A stretch of 64,000 nucleotides of DNA. Origin: Callorhinchus milii. Lineage: Eukaryota. The stretch lies in contig NW_024704743.1 in NCBI RefSeq assembly GCF_018977255.1, forward strand, positions 55,306,001 to 55,370,000. The letters run 5' to 3'. Position numbers and translations under genes: made by a program. Below the pieces are notes generated by a model, which had not been told where the DNA came from, ran no database searches, and saw only the letters and a list, made by a program, of their open reading frames with translations. This document shows positions 24,255 to 35,440 of this stretch, one piece after another (within the stretch, counting starts at the first letter, position 1; every line of letters starts with the position of its first letter).

Positions 24255-24540
24255 CTAATTCTGAAATAAGGGGACATACTCATAAAATTCTAGCTGGGTG
24301 GTTAGAAATTTGATCAGAAAACATTTATTTCCATAGAAGGTTATGAATATGTGGAATGCATTGCTGGAGGCAGAATCAATGGGGTGTTTAAAACGAGAGA
24401 TAGAAAAATACTTGCGAATTAAATGTATTAAGAGGTAAGAAGGAAAGACAGGGAAATTGGATAAAATCATCTGTCATAGTCCAATAAACAGTCAGAATTG
24501 TTTTAATAAACTAAATAGCCTCCTCCTATTCCAAAGTTCT
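24255..24540 (+). mobile_element. Decayed CR1 3' fragment
   Basis: Similar to 34400-34700 (RG H..K; F..RV...WN.L region). Confidence 0.6.
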
Positions 24541-25374
24541 TTCTCATCTACCAGCCTGTGTATGTATGACTGTAAGAGTGTTGGAAAAACTTGTGTGGGT
24601 CAACATGAATCTCAGTAATGATAAGGTAAAATAAACATTCTTGCATTTGTGCATTGATTTGTTCTCAATCATACAATACACATTTTAATTTATATAGCAT
24701 CTTTCACATCGAGAGAACGTCCCAAAGTGCCTAACAATCCTGATGGGATTGGGTCGTCCTCCTGATGTGAAAGGCGCTATACAAATGGAATTTGTTGTTG
24801 CTGTTGTTGATGGCACCATATTTAAATAAAAAACGTTTTTCATTTTAGTCTTTAGTCCAGCTGGTTAAACTCCAACAGTACTCAAACTTTGAGATCTCCA
24901 CGTGTCAGACACTTGGCTGACAAAACAAAAGTATCACGAACAACTAATTTGAACATTCATAGGGGAAAAAAGCCTTTTATATGCAAATGACTCACTTTAG
25001 AAACAGTTTAATGCTGAAATGGAAAGACAGTGGGCAAATATTCTGAAAGGGTGAGATCAAAGCAGCCGAAGGGCTTCCTTCATCCAAAAACTAGCTTGTG
25101 ATCCTTCTTGTGTGATCTTTGAAGTAGCCAAAATCTGTCTGTGAGCTGCTGTTTTCCATTTTTGGTAATGATAGACTCTACAAGATCCTGAATAAATATT
25201 ATAGTGAGAGCTTTTTATGGCTTTCTGGTGAACAGAAATTGTCTGGAAAATGAGGATCATTGAATATCAAAATAAATTCCATAGATCTGACAAATTAAGG
25301 TTTTTAACTATCATTCGGTAATAAAGACCAAGAGTGACATTTTCACATGAAATATAAGCATGGAATAGGAAAAA

Positions 25375-27607
25375 GCTCTCCCCCAATGACCAGTCCCCCT
25401 AGTGGAAGCCTTCCCTCCAAGCTACACCTTCCACCACACCCCCCGTCCAAACCAACGTGGCGGCGGGGTGGCCTTTATTTCCAAAGCCTACCCCCTGAGA
25501 TCCTCACAAAGGCCCTCACATTATCAAACAACCTATCCCTCTGGTCTTCCACCCGCAGAGATCCTGAAGCAGCTGTCCAGCTGCTCCATGATCACCACTT
25601 CTCCACCTTCAACTCTCTCGTCCCCCTAAAATCTAGGACCATCTCCAAACCCACCCGATCCCCCGGTACAACAACCATCTCCGCCGCCTAAAGACCCAAA
25701 CCCGTCTGCTCAAGCACAGATGGCGGAAAACTGGCCTGACAGCCCACCGCCAACTGTGGCTCGAGCACCTCCACAGCTACCGCCGTTATTTGACACGCAC
25801 AAAAACGGCCTTCTACTCCAACATCATCTTGGAGGTTAAATACAACCCTGAAATCCTTTTTTCCACCACCCACTACCTCCTCCATGCCCCGCTTCGTATC
25901 AAATGCCAAGTGCGAAGAGGTCATGGACTTCTTTTCATCTAAAATACTTAACATCCGCCAGGCAGCCTCGTCCACCTGCCCCTTGTCACCCACCACCACG
26001 CCCTCTCTGTCCCCCTCATCTTCCTCATCATCTGCTCCTACCACCACCCCCATTCTACATTCCTTCCTCCCCACTACTGGCTGATGTCATCAACCAGTCC
26101 CTCTCCTCCAGATCAGTCCCTGCCTAACTCAAAACTGCTGTCATCACCCCCCTCCTGAAAAAACCCTCTCTAGATCCCTCAAACCCCAGCCATTACTGTC
26201 CTATTTCTAATCTGCCCTTCCTCTCAAAAGTTTTAGAACGCGTTGTTGCCAACCAACTTCGCGCACACCTCTCCTCCCACTCCCTCTTCGAACCCTTCCA
26301 GTCCGGTTTCCGCCCTGCCCACAGTACAGAGACTGCGCTTGTGAAAGTCACAAACGACATCCTCTCTATCTGTGACCAGGGCTCCCTCGGCCACCTTTCC
26401 TCCTGGACCTCTCCGCCGCGTTCGACACAGTCAATCACGCAATCCACCTCCACCGCCTTTCCTCCGTCATCCACCTCAGTGGGACCGCACTCGCCTAGTT
26501 CGAATCCTACCTCACAACCCGCCAGCAGTACATCTGCACAAACAGCTTCTCCTCCCGCTCTCACCCGGTCATCTGCGAGGTACCCCAAGGATCCATCCTC
26601 TTCCTAATCTATATGCTCCCTCTTGGGGATGTCTTCAGCAGACATGGGGTACACTTCCACATGTATGCAGATGACACCCAACTCTATTTTTCCACCTCTC
26701 TTTGCGACCCCCAGTCCCCTGATGTTCTGTCAGCCTGCCTGTCAGATCTCAGGGGCTGGATGAGCGCAAATTTCCTTCAGCTGAACGTTGACAAGATGGA
26801 AGCCATACTCATTGGCTCTCGTCAACATCTAAAATCTCACGGTTCTCACCTCCTCCACCTACCCGACCTCCCTCTAAAACTCCCCGAACCAGTAGGCAAC
26901 CTAGGCGTCAGGTTTGACCCCCAATTATCCTTCCTCCCCCACATCCGGTCCACACCAGCACCGCTTTCGTCTACCTCTGACGCATTGCCCATCTCCGCCA
27001 ATACCTCGCCCCAAAAGCTGCTAAAATCCTGGTCGATGCCTTTGTCACCTCTCGGCTGGACTACTCTAATGCCTTCTCACTGGTCTCCCATCCACTACCA
27101 TCCATAAAATCCAACTCATTCAAAACTCTGCCACCCGCATTCTCACCCGCACGAAACTCCGCTCCCCGATCACCCCAGTCCTTGCCAGACTGCACTGGCT
27201 GCCTGTCCCAGAGAGGATCGATTTCAAGATCCTCACCCTTGTATTCAAGTCCCTGCACTCCTCTGCACCCTCCAACCTCTCTGACCTCCTCTCTCAAAAC
27301 AGTACCCGTTGCCTTCGTTCCTCCAGGTCTGGCCTCCTCCTTGTCCCCGGAGTCTTCCGCTCCATCCTCGGCGGCCGTGCCTTCAGCCACTATGCCCGAG
27401 GCTCTGGAACTGCCTTCCTCACTCCCTTCATTTCGCTCCCTCCCTTCCCATTTTCAGGTCTCTGCTGAAGACCTTTCTTTTCGACCGTGCCTTTGGTCAC
27501 CTTCTCCCCCTCCCCCTGGCTCAGCTCCGGGATCCGTTACTGTAAAGCGCTTAGGAGACGCTATCTGGTGTGGAGGGCACTATATAAATCCAAGTTGTTG
27601 TTGTTGT
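25375..27607 (+). mobile_element. L2 LINE ORF2, decayed with internal deletions
   Basis: RGGGVA (endonuclease) at ~25460, [14 protein letters not shown] at ~26200, [10 protein letters not shown] at ~26660, stem-loop and (TTG)n tail. Confidence 0.92.
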
Positions 27608-27693
27608 CATTAGATCTTCGACCGTTCTCACCCCTTGCGTGCAAATTTTATTAACGCTGTCATACTAAGTAGCCTCTACCTCTCTCGTAACCC

Positions 27694-28365
27694 TGTCGGT
27701 GTAAGTCCTGTTTCAAAAGAGACTCAACCAAGTCAGTGACACACAGACAGGTATTTCCAGTTAACCCGAATGCCAGGTAACTGGATTGCCTAATCGGAGT
27801 CTGCTTGCACTAGTAGACCTTCGATGTTGACAACTACCCTCCGAAGTGCTTACTCCTTTTCTTGTCTACAATACTACAGACACCCGAGAATACATTCGGT
27901 GGAAACAACAGCTCTTTATTAAAACCTAGCAACCCCTAGGCTACCTTGCATATAAGGAACACAGCAATGGAAGATATACAACCATGGGATCGAACATAAC
28001 AATCACACATGATGCAACAACTGGCAGCGCAATGCTGCATTAGTAAAGGAACATGAAACCAACTCTGACTGTACAGTAGTCCTGTACACGTCAGTTCGTA
28101 CCAGATGCCGACCTTAGTTACCAACCACGAGGAGCGCCGAGCATTGCTTTATATAGGTATGTGGCTCTGCCAACATATGATATGAATGCGAGGGTTTCTT
28201 TTCCCGCGCTAGCGCCCACGTGTTATTTTACTTTGCAGGTTGCCTGTGAGTGCTTGTTAGCTGACTATCCATCAAGCAGCCCTGCATCTATTACTTTGTT
28301 CCAACTCATGCAGGCTGTTTGCTAACTCTGTGCTGCAAGCAGCTTCTGCAATTTGAAATCTTACA
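27694..28365 (-). mobile_element. Candidate solo LTR (~670 bp)
   Basis: Minus strand starts TGTAAGATT, has CCTATATAAAAGC (~28146-28158), then AATAAA (27915-27920), and ends CA; imperfect 6-bp TSD taaccc/gaaccc; left end could alternatively be tgtaag at 27700. Confidence 0.5.
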
Positions 28366-28809
28366 GAACCCTTTTAAAGGGGCAGGCATCCCCAGTTCCT
28401 TTAAATAATATTATATAGTTATATATACATATCATTTACACATTACAAAGGACCTGCAAGAATAGGGTAACTGACAGATCCCTAAACCCCATCCTTCCAT
28501 GGACCATTTATAATATCACAAGCACCATGCTGCTTATTTCATCTGCCTAGTGAAAGATTAGCAACATTTCCCCATGAGCCATGACTTGTCTCCTGCCACT
28601 GAAAAATTCCCCACCAAAGTCTAATTTGTGAGACAGGATTTAAACAGAATTTGAAGCTTTAATTGAATCGTCTGTTGGTGTAATTGAAAGAAAGTCTAAA
28701 TTCCAATATTTATAGTTGATTGCAATTTCAAAACACCAGTAATAAATTGAGAAACAAAAGCAGGAGAGCAAAACCTCATATTTTATTATTCAGATCTGAC
28801 TGTTTTCTT

Positions 28810-29190
28810 GGCCTCAGTTGGTAGCACTCTTGTATCTGAGTCAGAAGGCTGTGGGTTCAAGCACCATGTCAGATCTTGGAACTCATATAATCTTGGCTGA
28901 TACTCTCGTGCAGTCCTTGGGTGTCTTTCGGATGAGACTTTAAACCAAGGTCCCATTTGCTTGTTCAGGTGGATATTAAAGATCCCACACCACTACTCGA
29001 AAAGAGAAGAAGTTTCTCCTGGTGTCCTGGCTAACAATCCTATTGCTGTGCTGTGCACAAGTTGGTTACTCTGTTCACCCAAAAAATAACAAACATTCAC
29101 ACCACTTTACAGTATATTCTTTGATGTAGTTTGAGATGAATGACCACATGATAAGGCACTATATCAAATGCAAGGATTATTATTATTATT
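28810..29190 (+). mobile_element. Deu-domain SINE, full length
   Basis: A box ctcagttggtagc, B box gggttcaagc, central ctttcggatgagac.ttaaacc..caggtggat.ttaaagatccca, tail ..tatatcaaatgcaagg(ATT)n. Confidence 0.8.
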
Positions 29191-30079
29191 AAAGTTACTA
29201 TGTGCCCATGCTAATTTCTTTCTAAGTTTAAACATCAGTTCTAACTGGGCATTTAACCAGCTTTTTGCTAGAATAAATTAATCAAAATTGCATATCTACA
29301 TCTTCTATAGAGGAAAGCTAGGATATTAACAGCTGCATTTTTTGATATCAGGGACGTAGGTTATTTTGAATTGGATTCTTAAAGGCTAATGATTTCTGAA
29401 TTCATAAGTTTTCACTGGAAGTTCATAAACATATTTAACAATTACTATCAATCACGTAAGATAATGAAGATGGTATTACTCCACAATAGTAGTTTGTGCA
29501 TTTGCGTTATAGGAATGTGAAAATAATCATAATCTTTGCATTTGACAAAGCGCATTATCAGGTCATCAAGGCTTTACAAGATTTACTAAATAATGGAATT
29601 GGGATTAGAATACATAGTTCCAGTGGGGAAGAAAGCACTTGCATTAGCTCAATGGGCAAATAGCCTCCTTTGATTATTCAATGTGCTCATTTAGCACATT
29701 GTAGAACATACAAAAGTACCTTTGAAACATAATAATAATAATAATCCTTGCATTTGATATTGTACCTTATCAGGTCTTCGAGGAGTATCAAACCGCTTCA
29801 CAGAATATACTGTGAAGTGAATCAACTGAATATTTTATGGGCGAAACGTAGCAGCCAATTGGCCACATCAGTGTCCCACAAACAATTGTGGATTGAGTGA
29901 CCAAATTATTATTATTTTACAGTTAAGATGGAAGAGAGAGCATCAGATACAACGGGTTAAGAGTGAAGAGGAAAAAGCTGAAAAATAAATTGATGAGAGA
30001 GAAAAAGGGAAAATAGGAAGAAATTCAAATGGGAGAGTCAAATGGAAATGAAAGAGCTGTGAGAGAAACATAAGAGAGA

Positions 30080-30540
30080 TACTCACCTGCACAAAACTCC
30101 CTACCCCCATCACACCAGCCCTTGCCAGGCTGCACTGGCTCTCAATTACCAAACTGATCAATTTCGAGATCCTCTCACTCATTTTCAAATCCCTTCATGC
30201 CCTTGCACCTCCCTACTTATCCAATCTGCTTATCCACCATTCAACCACCTGCTGCCTCTGCTCAGTTGGTTCTGGCCTCTTGTTTGTCCCTCGACTTTTC
30301 CACTCCACCATCGGTGGCTGGGTCTTCAGCCACTACGCCCCAAATCTCTGGAACTCTCTCCCTCAATCCCTCTACCTTGCCTTCTCCTTCCCCATTTTCA
30401 AATCCCGCCTAAAGACCTTCCTTTTTGATCATGCTTACAGTCACCTCCCTCTCCTCCTGGCTTGGGGTCAGACTCTGCCACTGTCAAGTGTTCTGGGACA
30501 CTACCCTGCATGTAGTGCACTACATAAATGCAAATTGTCC
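30080..30540 (+). mobile_element. L2 3' fragment
   Basis: ITPALARLHWL..APNLWNSLP..LKTFLF and tail. Confidence 0.85.
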
Positions 30541-31229
30541 TATATATGGGGAATAAAGAGACAAGAGAAATATAGAGAAAATAATGTCGGAGACAAATGA
30601 AACCTTAGAAACGCAACAAGGAAAAATAGACTCAGAAAACTGTAGCAAGAGGGAAAAGCAGTAATACATTTCACAATACTATTTTTGAGCAAGCTATGCC
30701 AATGAAAATTTGTAATAGCTTCACAAATGTATTACTCTATCACATTTATTACTCAATTATTAAAGTAATATTTTCTACTTTTCCTACTTGTAATAAATTA
30801 AACTAGAAAATAGCAGCATAATTTCATAATAAATATTGTCCTTATTGGGAATTTAACCTTGAATCATATTTGTTGGCCCAGATTAGCATTGTAAGAAACT
30901 GACCTCTTTGTGAAGGATATATTGAGAGTACCTTAGTTGCCACTATTTCTCCAGGATACGTAGAATGATGCTGGATGAAGCTGCAGAGTGACTTCATATG
31001 AGTTATTGCAATAAAATAAGCTGTCCGAAAGTGGTTTAAGAACTTCTAAGAACAAGGTCATAGTTAAACATTAGGCTTGCATAGCCACTAGAGTAAGACC
31101 TCATATCCTAACAAGATCAAATGGTATGATGTGGTTGCATCATATTAAGCAAGTTGCTTATCTCGGCAAACTGGAGTCATTACAAGTAACCAAAACAAAG
31201 TTATTGCAGAAGAGCAATAGTTCTGATTT

Positions 31230-31860
31230 CAGTCTGATTCAGTTGGTAGCACTCAAGCTTCTGATTCGGAAGATTATGGGTTCAAGCCTCTTGTCAGGAT
31301 TTTGAAAACACAGTTCTAAGATGACAACAATGCATGCTGCGGGTGTGCTCTATTGTCAGAGGATAATAATATAATAATCCTTGCATTTGATATAGCGCTC
31401 ATCACGTCTTCAAGACGTCTCAAAGCACTTCACAGAATTTACTGTAAAGTGAATTGACTGTATATTTTGTGGGCAAAATGCAGCAGCCAATTGCGCACAG
31501 CAGTATCCCACAAACAGTCGTACATTATTGTTATTATTTTGATTTCAAGGGATTATTCAAGCGATGTCTATCCTTTGGATGACAATCTAAATTGAGGGTC
31601 TGCCTGCTTGTTAGATGAATGTTGAAGATCCCATTGTACTATTCAAAATGAGAAAGGAGTTACTCCTGTGTCCTGGCCAACAAACCCCAGATAATAGTAG
31701 TCATTCAATTCACAGCTTATTGTGGGACATTGCTGTGTGCAAAATTGCCTGCCATGTTTGCCTACAGATTACACAGTCACTACACTTTAAGTAAACCCTG
31801 TGATGTTTTGATGATGTGATGGTGCTATATCCAATATAAGGATTATTATTATTATTATTG
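31230..31860 (+). mobile_element. Deu-domain SINE interrupted by an antisense family-B SINE 3' part (31365-31555)
   Basis: Head at 31235-31290; Deu core resumes at ~31565; (ATT)n tail at 31842-31859. Confidence 0.7.
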
Positions 31861-32179
31861 TTTCCAGTCAAGTTTATGAAATCATAGCTTGTTGAATTTC
31901 TTGGGCAAACAAGATCAGTTTGTATATTTAACATTTTGCCTCTTCTTTCCCGGAGAGCTGAAAAATAATAATTACATTTCTCTCAACGTTTCTCAGGGCT
32001 TAATGGTTAGATGAATTCAGATCCCCAGAAGTCATGCTCAAGCCAGACATTGCTCTGTAAATGGCACATGGAACACTGTGTACAGAGCTGTTTACCACAA
32101 TATAATGGAGTTGCCCATAATGTAAGCACTCGGAGACGCTACCCTGCATGGAGAGCGCTATATAAGTCCAGGTTGTTGT

Positions 32180-32460
32180 TGACCTAGAGGCAGTTCAGAG
32201 AAGAGATTGATTCCCAGTTTTAGAGGAATGAGCTATGAGCAACGATTAGAAAACATACAGCTCTTCAGCTTTGAAAAGAGGCATCTTAAAAGAGGACTTA
32301 AAAGAGGTTTTTGCAAAACATAGAAACAGGAGTAGGCCATTCAGTCCCTCGAGCCTGGTCTGCCATTCTATAAGGCCATGGCCCATCTGTAACTCAAGTC
32401 CAATTACTTGCCCTTGCCCCATATTCCTTTATATCATGACTTAACAAATATCTATCCAAA
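32180..32460. mobile_element. CR1 fragments (+ strand RT piece, then - strand 3' end)
   Basis: LEAVQR..MSYEQRLE...LFSFEKR at 32185-32285; catagaaacaggagtaggccattcag.ccctcgagcc from ~32319. Confidence 0.65.
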
Positions 32461-33040
32461 TATCAAAAAAAAAGCATGGTGTTTATTCATCCGAACTGTT
32501 CTTGTGACCGTAATCAAAATACAATGGCAGAGGATCCTTGCTGAAAATGTCTGAAGAAATGTAGGTAATTAAGTGTAATTTGAGGCTTTGGACAGAGGGT
32601 GGCACTCCAGTAGTACTTCTTAAGAGCTTTATAAAGAACAGCAGTGACATGGGACAGCAAGGCATTTGTTCTTTCAGTTCTTAGAATCTAGTAACCTCAT
32701 GAACTACAAGTTCCTATCAACATGCTTTGCTGTTTGTTAAAGCCTTGAAGCTCAAGTAACTGAATGTGTACATGCTACAAATCAAATGGAATGTCCCAAA
32801 GGGTTAAAAGAGCATAGAGGCTAGGCTCATCCTTCATTCATCAGTAAATTCACTGATACAATCGGAAACTGCCAAACTCGCTTGGAAAAGAGAGGACAAG
32901 TTGCTAATCGACTGTTCACCCAATCCTCCCAAAGTGTGTTTACACCAATACCACATACAATACAATTTATATTCATATGGAGACTTCCACTTTGGGAGCA
33001 AACATTCAGGACAAAATTCTCTGTTGCTTATTCAGACACA

Positions 33041-33423
33041 AGTCCCATGACGTAGTGGTTATTGCATTTGCCTTGCAAATGCGAGAACCCAGGTTCGATT
33101 CCCAGATGAGGGGAAACCTTGAGCAAGTTTCCTAACTCCACATACCTCTGTTTGCCTAGCAGTAAGTAGAAACCTGGTTGTTAGTCAATTGGTGGATTGC
33201 TTTTTGGGGGTAATAATTCCTCCCCAAAATAATAAATAATAATAATTTAGTCACTCAATCCATGACTGTTTGTGGGACACCGCTGTGTGCAATTGGCAGC
33301 CGTGTTTTGCCCACAAAATACACAAGTCAGTCATTTCACTTTACAGTATATTCTGCAAAGCACTTTGAGATGTCTCAACGAAGTGATAAGGTGCTATATC
33401 AAATACAAAGATTATTATTTATT
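33041..33423 (+). mobile_element. tRNA(Ala-like)-headed SINE family B, long form, full length
   Basis: B box ggttcgattcc; aaaccttg.gcaagtttcct; ctctgtttgcctagcagtaagtag; L2-like tail with (ATT)n. Confidence 0.85.
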
Positions 33424-34149
33424 ATATATGTGTTTCAGTTAAAAGATAACACAAGGCTTGCAGAATGGTCACATTCAGTTTTCAATGAATACAGGAGTTC
33501 TGCTTCTCTACAGTATGTCTGCCTTCAGCTCAAGGCATGGCTGTGAATCTCTTCAGAGCTGCTGCTTATTTCATCTTTTTCTGACCAACTTACTCAGCAC
33601 ACTTTGCAAAGAAGACATGAATATTTTGTTCCCTCGATCTAAGATACAATTCTACATTCTCCTCTATGTATTATCAGGAGAAGCTCACCCAGACAAAGCA
33701 AAAGAGAGAGGTACTAATTTCACAGTGATCTTGAGCCTTACCACCCTATTCACCTATTAAATGCACAGTCACTACACTCTACAGCATGATTCTGGGTAAG
33801 TCCATGTTCAATCAGTTGTGCATTTTCAGTTTTTTCTTGATTGAATATTTCTTGATTTATGCCATAAAGCTCTACAATGAATCCTGCGAAGCCATCTCGA
33901 AGACACGATAAGGTAAGATCAGCTGCAAGGATTATTATTATATCCTTCCAGTCCTCCTGGAACCTATTCTCACAGACATGCTCCCCTGACAAACCAGGGG
34001 AGGGAACATTACCTGACACGCACTCTTCTATATCAAAAGATTAATTAATGCAACAAGATGTTTTTCCAAATCTTACAGAAAAATAATGGAGATGCTTAAG
34101 AAACTTCAAGTAGTAATATAGGACAATTTTATTTTAAGAAGCTTCAATG

Positions 34150-34700
34150 GTTAGGGCTCACCAGAGTATAGTGCCCAATTCTGGGCACCACACTTTAGCA
34201 AGATTGTCAGGGCCTTGGAAAGGGTAGAGGATATTTACCAGAATGATACCAGGGATAACGGACTTCAGTATATGTGGAGAGATTCGAGAGGCTGGGATTG
34301 TTCTCCTTAGAGCAGGGAAAGTTAAGTGGAGATTTATTAGAGGTATTCAAAATGATGAGGGGTTTGATAGAGTAAATAGGGAGAAATTGTTTCCTCTGGC
34401 AGATTTGTCTTTAAGCAGAGCACACAAGTTTAAAATAATTGGCAAAAGAACCAGAGGGGAGACTAGGAGAAATGTTTTTACCCAGCGAGTTGTTATGATT
34501 TGGAATACACTGCCTGAAAGGGTGATGGAAGCAAATTTGATAGTAGCTTTCAAAAGAGAATTGGACAGGTACTTCAAAAGGAAAAAATTGCAGGCCTATA
34601 GCATAAGAATAGGGCAGTGGGTCTAGTTGGATAACTCGTTCAAAGAGCTGGCACAATGGGTTGAATGTCCTCCTTCTGAGCTGTCAGATTTTATAATTCT
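34150..34700 (+). mobile_element. CR1 LINE 3' fragment directly upstream of the AGR3 promoter
   Basis: GFDRVNREKLFPL..HKFKIIGKR..FTQRVV.IWNTLP and CR1 3' UTR. Confidence 0.9.
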
Positions 34701-34967
34701 AAGAAAACAGCAGCAAGGTATATAATAAATTACTGGGCCTGACAGACTAGACTTGTAAAAAACGATTGGCATCCAACCAGCACAAATGGGATCAAGCCTG
34801 GTTATTCTTCGTAAAGTTTAGCATGACTGTACATTTTCTTTCTCATTATACCTAGCTTAGGCTTGCATTCCCTTTACACTAACAAGAAATCTCAAAGCTA
34901 ATTCGTGAAAGTATGAAGATTGTTTCAGCACTACCTCGAATTGTATTTTCTTCTTATGTTTAAAAGA

Positions 34968-35137
34968 AAGCAAACATTCAGGCTAGCGCACTCTGAAGTC
35001 AGAGTTGACTGATTAAAGTTCTAAAAAGGTGCGTTCAGGTAGACGTCATGTGGTTGCTATGGATACTGTGTTTGTCCAGGTGGTGGAGGAGATTGTATAT
35101 ATATATACCTCAGCTGAATTAATGAATCTCTCACTTC
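34968..35137 (+). promoter_or_regulatory. Putative AGR3 proximal/core promoter
   Basis: AAGCAAACA forkhead motif 34968-34976; AGACGTCA CRE-like 35041-35048; GTTGCTATGGATAC RFX X-box 35053-35066; TGTTTGT forkhead 35069-35075; TATATATATATA 35096-35107; Inr-like TCACTTC 35131-35137, about 200 bp upstream of the ATG. Confidence 0.65.
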
Positions 35138-35334
35138 TGCAACTTTTCCCCACAGGGACTCCCAGCATCACTGAATATCTCAGGTATCTCTTGCTCTGAC
35201 AATATTAATGCTTTTGTCTTCTACTATACCTAGAAAAGGAGTGGCATTTTTTTTTAACTCTTGCTTTGCTCTACTTGCTCTTGCAGTCTGAACTCCTATC
35301 AGAGAAAGTACAACTGAAGTTCTTCTGCCCAGCC

Positions 35335-35440
35335 ATGTCACTACTCTTTGCACCACTATTTTTGTTGCTGGTTGCTGTCTCATCTAACCTGGCTAAGACA
35401 ATCAAAGTGGAAAAGAAAACGCCTGAAACACTGTCAAGAG
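35335..35440 (+). CDS. AGR3: AGR3-like coding exon 1 (signal peptide; [36 protein letters not shown])
   Basis: gccATG Kozak context, hydrophobic signal peptide, TLSRG motif, phase-1 donor G|gtacaa. Confidence 0.93.
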
